A DNA stretch of 64,000 nucleotides, from positions 5,145,047 through 5,209,046 of the forward strand of contig NC_057759.1 in the NCBI RefSeq assembly GCF_004010195.1, read 5' to 3'. Shown here piece after piece: positions 20,600 through 32,871 of the stretch. The position numbers and the translations under genes were made by a program. The notes beneath the pieces were generated by a model, which saw only the letters and a program-made list of their open reading frames with translations, was not told the origin of the DNA and did no database searches. The stretch comes from Chiloscyllium plagiosum (taxonomy: Eukaryota). Each line of letters opens with the position of its first letter. Position 1 is the stretch's first letter.

Positions 20600-23580
20600 C
20601 CTGTCAACAAGGTGCAGTGACAGGCAGCATGGTTTTGTGTATCTCAATATCTTGATTGAATTTTTGGAGAAGAGAGAAAAAAAAATTGATAAAGGTAGAG
20701 TGGTGGATTTTGTCTATCTGGACTTCAGCAAGGTGTTTGACAAGGTTCTCCATAATAGACGGTTGAGCAAGGTTAGATCACATGGAATATAGGGAGAGCT
20801 AGCCATTGGACACTCAATTGGCAGAAAGGTAGGAGTCAGAAGGCGATGGGTTGCTTTTCAGAGAGAAGGCTTGGGATCAGCAGGGTGCCACAAGGATCGG
20901 TGCTGCATCCACTGCTTTTCCTTATTTAAATAATTTGGATATGAATATAGGAGGTATAGTTTATAAAATAGCAGACAACACAGTTTTGGCAAGGTGGACA
21001 GTGAAGGAAGTTGTCTCAAAGTACAACAGGATCTTGATCAGATAGGCTGAAGAGTGGCAGATGGAGCTAAATTTAGATAAATGTGAGGTGTTGCTTTTTC
21101 ATAACACAAATTAGGGCAGGACTTACACACGTGATGGCAGGGTTCTGGGAGTGTTATCAGACAAAGAGACCTTGGAATGCAGGTTTGTAGTTCATTGAAG
21201 ATAGCGTTGCAGGTGAGGGAGAAGGTGAAGAAGGTATTTGGTACGCTTGCCTTTAATGGTAAATGCATCAAATGTAGGAGTTGGGAGGTCATATCATGGC
21301 TGTACAAACGTCGATTCTCCTGTTCCCTGGATGCTGCCTGACCTGCTGCACTTTTCCAGCAACACATTTCCAGCTCTGATCTCCAGCATCTGCAGACCTC
21401 ACTTTCTCCTTTAATGGTAAATGCATCGAATGTAGGAGTTGGGACGTCATATCATGGCTGTACAGGACATGTGTACAGCCACATTGAGAATACCAATAGC
21501 CGCAAGATGTTGTGAAGTTTGAGAAAAGATTAACAAGGATGTTGCCAGGATTGGAGGGTATGAGCTGTGCAGAGAGATTGAATGAGCTGCGACTATTTTC
21601 CTTGGAATGTTGGAGGCTGAAGGGTGACATGACAGAGGTTCATAAAATGATGAAGAGCATAGCGTGTGTGAATAGTCAAGGTATTATCCCCAGGTTCGGG
21701 GAGTACAAAACAAGAGGGCATAGGTTTAAAGTGAGAGGGAAAAGATTTAAAAGGGACCTAAAGGGGACCTTTCTCATGCAGAGTGTGGTGTATGTATGGG
21801 ATAAGCTGCCAGAAGAAGTGGTGAAGATAGGTACAATTGCAAGGTTAACAAGGCATCTGGATGGGTTTATGAATAGCACGGGTTTAGAAGGATATTGGCC
21901 TAGTTGTGGCAAATGGGATAGGTTGCATGCAATTCTGGTCTCCTTCCTATCGGAAAGATGGTATATGAATAGGAAGGGTTTGGAGGGATATGGGCCGGGT
22001 GCTGGCAGGTGGGACTAGATTAGGTTGGGATATCTGGTCGGCATGAATGGGTTGTTTGGGTTTCCATGCTGTACATCTCTATGACTCTATGACTATATCT
22101 GGAGGGTAGCAAATGTGTTCCTCTTGTTCAAGAAGGGGAATAGAGGCAAACCTGGCAAGTATAGACCAGTGAGCCTTTCATCGGTTTTGTGTAAAGTTTT
22201 GGAAAAGATTATAAGAGATATGAGTTATATTCATCTGGAGAGCAATACATTGACAAGAGCTAGTCAACATGGTTTTGTGAAGGGTCGGTCGTGCCTCCCA
22301 AACCTTATTGAGTTCTTTGAGAAGATGACCAAAGAGGTGGAGGAGGATAAAGTGGTTGATTGTGGTGTATATGCTTTTCAGTAAGGCATTTGATAAGCTT
22401 CTGCACAGTGGAGTATTGCACAAAACACAGAGGCATGGGATTAAAGATAATTTAGCAGATTGGATCAGAAACTGGTTACCTGAAAGAAGATGGGGGTGGT
22501 GTTTGATGGAAAATGTTCATCCTGGAGTTCAGTTACTAGTGGTGTACTGCAAGGATTGGCTTTGGGATGACTACTGTTTGTCATTTTTATAAATGACCTG
22601 GATCAGGGCATAGAAGGATGAGTTAGTAAATTTGTGGATGACATTAAGGTCAGTAGAGTTGTGGATACTACTGAATGATGTTGCAGTTACAGAGGGGTAT
22701 AGATAAGGTGCAGAGCTGGGCTTGAAGGTGGCAAATAGAATTTAATGCAGAAAAGTGTGAGGTGATTCACTTTGGTAGGAGCAACAGAAATAAAGAGTAC
22801 TGGGCTAATGGTAAGATTCTTGATAGTGTGAATAAGCAGAGAGATCTTGGTTTCAATGTGCATAGATCCCTGAAAGTTGTCACCGAGGTTGATAGGGTCG
22901 TTAAGAAGGCATTCGGCGTGTTAGTAGAGGGATCGAGTTTTGGAGCCATGAGGTCATGCTGCAGTTGTACAAACTTCTGGAGCAGCCGCATTTGGAGTAT
23001 TGTGTTCAGTTCTGGTAACTGCACTATAGGAAAGATGTGAACGTTTTGGAAGAGGTTCCAAAGAGATTTATTGGATGTCGCCTGATATGGAGGTCAGGTC
23101 TTCTGAGGAAAGGCTGAGGGACTTGAGACTGTTTTCATGGAGAGAAGTAGGTTGAAAAATAACTTAATTGAGGCATATAAGATAATCAGAGGGTTAGACA
23201 GGGTGGACAGTGAGAGCCTTTTTCCTCGGATGGCGATGGCTAGCACGAGGGGACATAGCTTCAAATTGAATGATGAAAGATATAGGGACAGATGTCAGAG
23301 GTAGTTTCTTTATTCAGAGTAGTATGGGGCATGGAATGAATGCACTGCCTGCAATAGTAGCAGAGTCACCAACTTTAAGGGTATTTAAATGGTCATTGGA
23401 TAAACATATGGATTAAAATGGAATAGTGTAGGATATGTGTGCTTAAGAGTCGTTCCACAGGTCGGTGCAACCTCGAGGGTAGAAGGGCCTCTGTTACGCT
23501 GTGATGTTCTATGTTATATGGTCAGTGTGGACGAGTTGAACTGAAGGGTCTGTTCTGTGCTGTACAGCTCAATGACTCTA
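20600..23580 (+). mobile_element. Two nested CR1 LINE 3' portions
   Basis: LFKKGNRGKPGKYRPVSL...QHGFVKGRSCLPNLIEFFE; TRMLPGLEGMSCAERLNELRLFSLE...TRGHRFKVRG; tails gactctat and gttctat. Confidence 0.85.
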
Positions 23581-23805
23581 AATCAGGAGTGTGATGGACA
23601 CAAAATGTTAACTGTGTTTTTCTCTCTCCCTCTCAGTCCGCAGATGCTGCCAGACCTGCTGAGCTTATGTAACATTTTGTGTTTGTTTCATATTTTCCAA
23701 AGTTGCAAGACTTTGTTTACCATAATGTAAACACTGACGCAAGTGCAGACACTGTGGGGTTCTTCAACAAGTCATGAAAGGAAGGCACACTGGATCTTAA
23801 CATAC

Positions 23806-23835
23806 CTTCTCGTATTTGTAGAATCATCACTTGCT
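23806..23835 (-). CDS. FCRL-like gene, 30-nt S2 signal-peptide mini-exon
   Basis: tatattttcag|AGCAAGTGATGATTCTACAAATACGAGAAG|gtatgt; phase 1-1, encodes (E)QVMILQIRE(G) and joins S1 to the first Ig exon in frame. Confidence 0.75.
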
Positions 23836-23909
23836 CTGAAAATATATAATTAGACACGATCAATAAGTTTTATGGAAAGTGGAATTGAGGATGATTAGAT
23901 AAGCCATGA

Positions 23910-24037
23910 GGAGAAAGTGAGGATTGCAGATGCTGGAGATCAGAGTTGAAAATGTGTTGCTGGAAAAGCGCAGCAGGTCAGGCAGCATCCAAGGAACAGG
24001 AGAATCGACGTTTTGGGCATAAGCCCTTCTTCAGGAA
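23910..24037 (-). mobile_element. Penelope terminal module with TSD
   Basis: ggagaaagtgaggattgcagatgctgg...gggcataagcccttcttcagg flanked by gataagccatga on both sides. Confidence 0.8.
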
Positions 24038-24179
24038 TCCATGATAAGCCATGACCTCATCAAATGGCAGAGCAGATTTGATGGGCTGAATGGCCTGCTG
24101 TGATCCTATGCCTTGACATGAGGGCCCTTGCTTTAATTTGCTCAGCGGTGATACATAATCAGACTCATTTGCTGAGGTC

Positions 24180-25139
24180 ACATGTGCGTTTTTGTGTGTG
24201 TGAGAAAAATTGTGTGTGCATGAGAGAACGAGACAGGGTGAGAGTATATGCGTGTGTGAGACAGTGTACATAAAGGAGTGAGGTCATGCGCCTGTAAGAG
24301 CGCGCATGTGCGTGTTTGTGTGAGAGAGTGAGAGAGAGACAAAGAGAGAGAGAGGGGGTGTCTGTATAAGCGATATGGGAGACTGTGTATGTGTATGATA
24401 GAGAGAGGAGTCTGTGTGTTTGTGTGTATGAGAGAGAGGAGTCTGTATGTGACAGAGAGAGAAGAGTCTGTGTGTGAAAGAGAGAGGAGTCTGCGTTTGA
24501 GAGAGAGAGGAGTCTGTGTATTTTGAGAGAGACAGGCGTCTGTTTGTGTGTCAAAAACAGGAATTTGTGTGTGCGTGTGAGTGAGAGAGGAGTCTGAGTG
24601 TGAGACAGAGTCTGAGTGAGAGTGAGACAGAGGGGTCTATTTGTGTGTGTGAGAGAGGCGTCTGTTTATGTGAGAGAGAAAGGAGTTGATTCCTGATGAA
24701 GGGCTTTTTCCCGAAATGTTGATTTTCCTGCTCCTCGGATGCTGCCTGTCCAGCACCATTCTAATCTTGATTTGAATCTCAAGCATCTGCAGTACCCGCT
24801 TGCACCTGAGAGAGAGAGGGGTCTGTGTGTGAGAGGGAAAGTGTGCTTATATACTTAAGTGAGAGGGAGAGAGAGAGAAACAGAGAGATGGAAGGGATAA
24901 GCATCAAGGAATGCAGACTGAGTGAGGGAAAGGAAGAAAGGGAGAGAGACGGACAGAAGAGGGGTAAATGAAGAGAGAAACAAGGACAATAACAGGGAAA
25001 CACGGAGAGGGAGAGAGAGAAAGAAGGAGGAAGAAAGATATAGAAGGGGGATAGATAGAGACACTGTGAGAGGGACGAAGAGGCGAGAGTGAGTGAGGTG
25101 GGACAGAGAGGTGGAAAAACAAGATAGAGGGAAGAGAGA
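24180..25139. repeat. (TG)/(GA)-rich low-complexity tract abutting an assembly gap
   Basis: Degenerate gagagaggagtctgtgtgt units, then a purine-rich run up to the N-gap at 25140-26022. Confidence 0.9.
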
Positions 25140-26049
25140 NNNNNNNNNNNNNNNNNNNNNNNNNNNNNNNNNNNNNNNNNNNNNNNNNNNNNNNNNNNNN
25201 NNNNNNNNNNNNNNNNNNNNNNNNNNNNNNNNNNNNNNNNNNNNNNNNNNNNNNNNNNNNNNNNNNNNNNNNNNNNNNNNNNNNNNNNNNNNNNNNNNNN
25301 NNNNNNNNNNNNNNNNNNNNNNNNNNNNNNNNNNNNNNNNNNNNNNNNNNNNNNNNNNNNNNNNNNNNNNNNNNNNNNNNNNNNNNNNNNNNNNNNNNNN
25401 NNNNNNNNNNNNNNNNNNNNNNNNNNNNNNNNNNNNNNNNNNNNNNNNNNNNNNNNNNNNNNNNNNNNNNNNNNNNNNNNNNNNNNNNNNNNNNNNNNNN
25501 NNNNNNNNNNNNNNNNNNNNNNNNNNNNNNNNNNNNNNNNNNNNNNNNNNNNNNNNNNNNNNNNNNNNNNNNNNNNNNNNNNNNNNNNNNNNNNNNNNNN
25601 NNNNNNNNNNNNNNNNNNNNNNNNNNNNNNNNNNNNNNNNNNNNNNNNNNNNNNNNNNNNNNNNNNNNNNNNNNNNNNNNNNNNNNNNNNNNNNNNNNNN
25701 NNNNNNNNNNNNNNNNNNNNNNNNNNNNNNNNNNNNNNNNNNNNNNNNNNNNNNNNNNNNNNNNNNNNNNNNNNNNNNNNNNNNNNNNNNNNNNNNNNNN
25801 NNNNNNNNNNNNNNNNNNNNNNNNNNNNNNNNNNNNNNNNNNNNNNNNNNNNNNNNNNNNNNNNNNNNNNNNNNNNNNNNNNNNNNNNNNNNNNNNNNNN
25901 NNNNNNNNNNNNNNNNNNNNNNNNNNNNNNNNNNNNNNNNNNNNNNNNNNNNNNNNNNNNNNNNNNNNNNNNNNNNNNNNNNNNNNNNNNNNNNNNNNNN
26001 NNNNNNNNNNNNNNNNNNNNNNATCATAGCTGATCCTGTATCTCAAAGC

Positions 26050-26400
26050 CATATCCATAGAATCCTTACAATGTGGAAGTAGTTCATTCAGCCCAATGAG
26101 CCCACACCAACCTTCCAAACAGCATCACACACAGACCCATCTCCCTAACCTAACCCTGCACTTGTCATGGCAAACCTACCTAGACTACACATCCCTGGAC
26201 ACTAAGGGTAATTCCCCTTAGCCAATTCACCTTAACCTGCACATCTTTGGATTTTGGAAGGGAACTGGAGCACTGGGAGGAAACCCACACAGACATGGGA
26301 AGAATGTGCAAACTCCACACAGACAGTTGCCAGAAGGTGGAATCGAACCCGTGTCTCTGGTGCTATAAGGCAGCAGTGCTAGCCATTGAGCCACCATGCT
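26050..26400 (-). mobile_element. HE1-type SINE
   Basis: Reverse complement of the HE1 core (tgcacatctttgga...gtgcaaactccacacag...gcagcagtgcta). Confidence 0.8.
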
Positions 26401-27754
26401 ACCCCCACATTCCCCATTTTGTCTTCATTTCACTTGGTTCCTTTCAAATCTAGACAATTATCACTCCATTCAGCTCCCTTTGTCTATCCCCACTTCCCAG
26501 TTTGTCACCATTTCAATCGTACTCACTTTTTGTTTCTCCACATCGGTTTCACTTTTAGCCACGTTGTACTGCATCTGCAATGTGCTTGTCCACTCACTCA
26601 AATTGTCTAAATCACTTCCTTTGCATCCTCCTCACAATCCTGGCCAGTTTTGTGTCATGAGCAAACTTGGAACTGTTGCATTTGGCTCCCTCATCCAGGT
26701 CATTAATATATATTGAGAGTGGCTGGGGCCCATGTATTAGTTCCTGCAGTATCCCACTAGTCACAATTTGCCTCTTGGGTAAAAGACACATTTATTCTCA
26801 CTCTCTCTCTTGTCTGTCAACTAATTCTCAATTCACATCAATATACTGCCATCAAACTCTTGTCCTTTCACTTTGCACATAAACCTCGCGTCAAATGTCT
26901 TCTGAAAAAGCCAAATAAGCTACATGTACTGCTTCTCCCTTATTTATCCTCAGACCCTCAGAAAATGACGGTTGATTTATTAAGGTTCTTCTGCCTCTCA
27001 TAACCCATTCTGGCTTTGTCCAACGTCTTTAATGCTTTCTAAGTGTTCTGTCATCACGCCTTTTATAGGTATTCCCAGAATTCCCCCTACTAACTGATGT
27101 TCAGCTATCTGGTCTGTAATACTCTGTTTATTTTTGTCACTCTCTGCCGCCTACCTTTTAAACAGAGGGATTACATTACCTCTCCTCCAATATGTGGGAA
27201 TTGTTTCCAAGTCTATAGAATCTTAAAGCATTATCAACAATGCACCCATTATATCCAGTTCCACTTTCTTAAGGATGGTGAGATATCAATTAAGAGGCCC
27301 TCAGGACCTATCCCACAAATTTCCCCAACACCATTTCCCTACTATTACTGATTTCCTTCAATTCCTCCCTCTCAGTAGATGTTGGCTATCTAACATTTAT
27401 TAGGAGATGATTTCTTTCCCTCTTTTGAGAAGACAACCAAATTATGCATTCAAATCTTCTGCCGTTATAATATCATCTTGATTCAGATTGCATTGGACCT
27501 ACAATTGTCTTCATAAATACTTTTCTCTTCACATGTTTGCAGAAGCTTGCAGTCAGTTTTTATGTTCCCTGTTATTTTAAACTCATTCGCTATTGTCCTG
27601 CTCTTGATCAAAATTTTTGTCTTTGTTTTCCAAATTCTACAATTCAATTATGCATATTCACTTTCATGTACACCAGCATACTCGCAAACGCACACACTAC
27701 CGTTATACATTTGGGCATTGCTGACGAGACCAGCATTTATTGCCTGTCGTTAAC

Positions 27755-28585
27755 TGTGCTCTCTCTCCTGCAACCTCTTTCTCTCACTATCTCCCACGCA
27801 CCCTCATTCTCGCTCTCTCCCACACCCTCACTCGCTCCATTTATCTCCTGCACCCTAACTCTTCCTGTATCTCTCCTGCACCCTCACACTCTGCCTTTCT
27901 CTCCCGCAACCTCATTCTCTATTTCCCGCACTTTAATACACTCCCGCTCTCCCCCACATTCTCAGGCTCTCTCTTACAATCTCACGTTCTCTCTCCCTCA
28001 CATTCTCACTCTCTCCCATTCTTATTCTCTCTCTCTTCCCCACACTCTCAGTCACTCTCTCTCCTGCACCTACACTCTCTCCCGCACCTTTACTTTCTCT
28101 GGCTCTCCCCTGCATCCTCACTCTCCCTTTCTCCCCCGTGCCCTCACTCTGTCCCTCCTCTGTATCCTCATTCTCCCTCTCGTGCCATCATTTCCTCTCT
28201 CCCGTACACTCACACACACACGCTCTCTCTCCTGCACCGTCAATTTTCTTTTCAGTCTGTACCCTCTCTCTCTCTCTCTCATACACACAACTTCACTCTC
28301 CCGCTCGCACCCTCACTCTCCTGCACGAGTGTGTTTGTGAGAGTGTTTGGATGAGAGAGAGGGAGACTGTGCATGAAGGCTGAGAGAGATTGTGAGGAGT
28401 GCATGTAAGAGAGGGTGTTAGATAGTGTGTACGTGAGAGACATATACTGTGCGTGAGAGAGTATGAGAGATAGTGAGACTGCATGTAAGAGGGTGTCTGC
28501 GTGAGAGAACAACAATGTTGGAAAGTGTGTGTGAGTAAGTGTGAGTGTGTGTGAGTGAGTGAGCATGTGCACATGTGTGTGTATG
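27755..28585. repeat. CT/CA-rich then GA/TG-rich low-complexity tract in intron 1
   Basis: Degenerate (ct)n/(ca)n switching polarity at about 28325. Confidence 0.85.
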
Positions 28586-28759
28586 TATTTGTTAAGCAGT
28601 CTGGGAAATACCAGCACATATGTGCACTGCTGTCCGTATCCAATAGGATTCTGCCTCTGTTCACATTCCCATTGTACACTGAGTTGAGGGCAGGAGATGA
28701 ATGACAGATTTATTCCTTGCACCCACCCTGAAATAGTGATAAAAGCTGGAGATACATAC

Positions 28760-28790
28760 CGAGCAGTAGGAGGGCAGAGAAGATATCCAT
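28760..28790 (-). CDS. FCRL-like gene, S1 signal-peptide exon (start codon)
   Basis: gactgtgATGGATATCTTCTCTGCCCTCCTACTGCTCG|gtatgt gives MDIFSALLLL plus a phase-1 donor at 28758-28759; good Kozak context (g at -3, G at +4). Confidence 0.75.
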
Positions 28791-30250
28791 CACAGTCTTG
28801 TTTGATAGGGGCGTGTATACAGTCAGTGATTCAGTCTGCTGTTTCCTGCTTGTCTGATCCTGCTGGTAGCAGGGGAGTGGTGGGCGAAGTGGGCACAGCC
28901 AAACAGTCTGAGACAGGTTGAGGAGGGACATGGTCGTCAGTCATCGGGACCTTTCTTCACCCACTACTCCCCATTACCCGCCATTCCCCCTCCTGATTAA
29001 AAATCTCAGCCTTCAATATACTCAACGACGCAGCCTCGACAGCCCGGTGTGGTAAATAATTCCACAGATTGACTCCTTTCGGAGAGAAGAAATTCCTCCT
29101 CACTGACAGCACAGAAACTGACCCTGCAGGTCAGCTCCCTTCCCTCCATCCAGTTCTTGGGGCGAAATAGGATCAGCCATTCCTCCCCATCTTTGTTTCC
29201 AATCTGTCCCATCCCATTGTCCTGAAACATTGATCCTCTCGTTTTAGATTGCACCACATAAGGAAGCATTCTTTCTCCAACTCCTTTGCCAATCACCTCT
29301 TCAGTGTCTTATATCCCTCAGTTAGAGCTCATGTACAAGAGGGATAGACTGCATTCAAGCTAGAGGGGGATCAATATTCTGGCGGAGAGATTTGCTCGAT
29401 CCACTCGGGAGGGTTTAATCTAATCTGATTGGGACGTGGGATCCAAAGCATTGGGGAGATGAAAGAGAAGGTTGCGATCACACTTGTTGCGTTTCCACCC
29501 TGAATTACAGATAATGATTATTTTATTTATATAATATATAATTAATATTTATAATAAATCGATTGTGTTAACCTGAATCAATATTAATTGACAGGATTTC
29601 TTCACACATTCTCAGTGACCTGTCATATTGATTCATGGTTAATTTAAAACATGACTGCATTAATTCATTGTTAATTAAAGAATGGAAAGCTACATTACTG
29701 GCTGATGAGGTAACTAAAGAAGCTGCCCTGAATCCATAGGAGTGGTGGTTTATTCCTTAATACCTACTGTCCCAGGTCCTCGGAAAGCTCCTATCTCTGG
29801 TCACTGCCAATCCCAGAAACTAAAGATTTGTTCTTAAAGATGTATATACTGGGCTTGTCCTCCTCTTTGTCTTTCCTCAGGAAACAGATTTTATTGGCAC
29901 TGACTCCGCCCCTCGAATTCACTATTCATCCGATTTGACCGGGAGCTTGGGTCTTTGTAAAATCATGGACAGAGACTAAATTGCAACCGGACTGGGAATG
30001 GCCGTGCCAGGCTCTTTTGACTTCCGAAATGACGATAAGAACGGCAGGGCAAGACTGGACTCACTCGGATCAAAGGGCCAGTGGAATCTCCAGTTGAGGA
30101 AGAAGTCTGGACAGCCGAATCAATGCAAGAACCACTGAAACTCAGACTAAAGAGACTTTGAGAACCGATTATATAGTGGCTACGCGAGCACGAGATTATT
30201 TCTGTGGGATTGTATATTAAGTCTTTTGGTGCTTCAACAAAACTTTTAGA

Positions 30251-32113
30251 ATGCTGGGGATGCTTAGGGTTATGATACAAGCTTTCTTAGTATTGGGATT
30301 TTGTCAAACATTATTTTCATATGTGTTATTAACAGTTCCTGAGTCTGACAACCCACAGGTAATAGACACCGATGCATGCAGCTTAGTAAATTGTGGGGAT
30401 GTAGATAATCAGAGACAGTACTGCATCTCAGAAATACATCTTAAGTCCTTTGGGGATGATGCTTGTTATGTTCGTCTCGTCACAGTACACCAGGCCCCCT
30501 TCCCACCAGCTCTCGATTGTCCCAATAAAGAGTGTAAACCAATATACCTAATGATAGAGAAAACCACAAGGCACGAAGCAATTATTTGGGGGGTGGGCAC
30601 CTATGAAGGATTTCTCGGGCTGTTGTTTTCAAATTAGCATAGGGAAGGGTAAACAGACAGAACTACTGGATAATATGATTTCAACCTTTCACCCCTCCCG
30701 ATGACCCTAAGGTGGTAAAAATTATAGATGTGAAGGACTTGAAACAGACCATCGAAATAGATACAGGGTATGGGGATGCAAATGCCTGGATTGAATGGGT
30801 AAAGTATACTGTACAAAGTCGAAACAAGAGCAATTGCCATGCATGAGCCTCCGGTAGGTCAGTGGCCCAGGTAGTTCCCTTTCCACTTGGGTGGAAGCGA
30901 GACAGGAAATGCATGAAATGTATGATAGCCCTGTACCAGGATGATACTACATGGAATGATAGGAACTGTACCTCCCTATCTCTGATGTTCTCTCCCTTGG
31001 AGAAGAAAGACTTAAAAGCACCCCACCCCCACACCCCACGTTTTCAGCTGCAGTTGGAAATCACATGTCGTGTGTGTGTCGGTGAGGTACAAATCAGCCC
31101 AGAGACTTGGGGGGAGCTGAAATTATGTACAGAGATTAAGAATGTCACCGAAATGGACAAGGGAGGGAACTACTCAGCACTAAAGGTTCCCCCAGTGGAT
31201 CTGTGGTGGTACTGTGGAGGCAAAGTATTGTGACACACTGCACCTCCGGATTGGAGATGGATGTGTGCAATTGTACAATTGGCAATTACATTTACCCTGG
31301 CATTTGAGAAGGAAAAGATAGTAGAGAGAAAGTGAATAAGTAAAAGATCATTATTAGAAACCTCTTTTGATGGCAGGATTTATCTAGACTCTATAGGAGT
31401 TCCAAGAGGGGTAGCGGATGAGTTCAAGGCTCGCAACCAGATTGCAGCAGGGTTTGAGCCAGCTCTCTTCTGGTGGGTAACAGTTAATAAAAATGTAGAT
31501 TGGATAAATTACGTTTTCTATAATCAGCCACAATTTATAAATTATACAAGAGATGCGGTTAAAGGAATAGCAGAACAGCTTGATGCAACAAGTAGGATGG
31601 CATGGGAAAATAGAATGGCCCTTGATATGATTCTAGCGGAAAAAGGTGGGGGGGGGGGGGGGGGGGTTTATGTTAGGAGGAAGCTGTTGTACCTTTATTC
31701 CTAATACCACTAATGGTTCAATTACTCAGGCCTTAAGGGGATTGACTACCTTAGCAGAGGAACTGGCTGAGAATTCGGGAGTAGACACATCTCTCAAGGG
31801 ATGGCTTGAATCATGGTTTGGAAAATGGGAGGGCGGGGTGGTTTCCATCCTTACTTCCCTGATAGTAGTAGCCGGAGTATTGGTAGCCATTGGCTGTTGC
31901 ATCATAACCTGTATACGAGGGCTCACCCAAAGACTGATTGAGACAGCCTTAACGAAACAATTGCCCCTAAAGAGCAATCAGAGAGAAGGGCTCTACCTGT
32001 TAAACAATGAAGGAATAAGTGACCTCGGAGAGATTTCCAAAATAAATGAAATTTCGGGAAAGATGCCCGCCAATTTGGAAGCGACATATAAGAAAAATGC
32101 AGAAGATAACTAA
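30251..32113 (+). pseudogene. env: ERV env, frameshifted and with stops
   Basis: Hydrophobic leader MLGMLRVMIQAFLVLG, ISD-like NRMALDMILA, CC motif, TM ILTSLIVVAGVLVAIGCCII; poly-G expansion at about 31648-31666. Confidence 0.85.
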
Positions 32114-32139
32114 TGATAATTAAATAAAAAGGGAGAGAG

Positions 32140-32871
32140 TGTGGGATATAGGTAAAGCAGTGTTACTTCTGCAATCATAATTACTTATGCAAGGTAAATG
32201 ACCTCATACCAGTGTATAATTGTTTCAGACAAGAGCTGAGTTAACAAGAATGAAAACTATGTGAAGGAAATATATAATTGCTTTTGCATTAGCTAAAATG
32301 TGCATACAAGAATGAAATGTGCCTGCAAACAATGGTAGATGTCACAGACAAATAGATAAGGTGCTGTGAGGGGAGGGGGTTAAGTTAGATATGCCTATAC
32401 AAACAGTAGTTATAAGCATCTGTTTCCCACTTCTGCAAAAACAAGAACAAAACACAATCAAGAGGTCATAAGACTCAGTTTGGGCAAAGAATAAAAGGAA
32501 ATGTTGCTTTAGCAAGCACGGAAACAGATGGCAGTGAAGAAGGATACATAACAATAAGACTACAGAGGAATGTGCTTAAATGGCCTTGTGAGGCCAGAGA
32601 AAACATTTTGTCACGGACAAGGCCGGATGTGTTCAGAGATAAACAACTGGGTTTAGAATAGTGACAGATGTAAACAGGGGAGGAGCAATAGGAGGAGGGA
32701 AGAGAAACGAATTACATAAATATTGTGTACTCGTTAAACTCGGTGTGTGTGTGACTACCTTGTAAATACTAGACACCACACCCCTCTTGCAAGAGCGTAA
32801 TAAACAATACTACTGCTTCAGATCTTGTCTCGGACTGAAATTATTCAATTGAGTAAGCTTTGTTTCTCACA
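32140..32871 (+). repeat. ERV 3' LTR
   Basis: TGTGGG...CTCACA directly after the PPT; AATAAA at about 32799; homologous to 48919-49659. Confidence 0.88.

Larger units (their letters stand above)
29480..32871 (+). mobile_element. Class-I (gamma/epsilon-like) ERV remnant, copy 1: AT-rich spacer, integrase C-terminus, decayed env, PPT, 3' LTR
   Basis: IN tail LALTPPLEFTIHP...SWTETKLQPDWE; env with a C-x-x-(C/stop) motif, SKR cleavage site, GVPRGVADEFKARNQIAAGFE, WENRMALDMILAEK, GSCCTFIP and a TM segment; PPT aaaaagggagagag; LTR TG..CA at 32140-32871. Inserted within a CR1. Confidence 0.88.

Noticed and set aside
24855..26118. Long ORFs of 329-404 aa (also 42552-43283 and 58662-59402)
   Set aside because: They run through N-gaps and are artefacts.
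27537..28354. 267-aa and 204-aa Ser/Leu/His-rich ORFs
   Set aside because: Products of CT/CA low-complexity sequence.
29700..29730. CTGATGAG in the ERV filler (also at about 46430) as a hammerhead core
   Set aside because: No stem II followed by GAAA.
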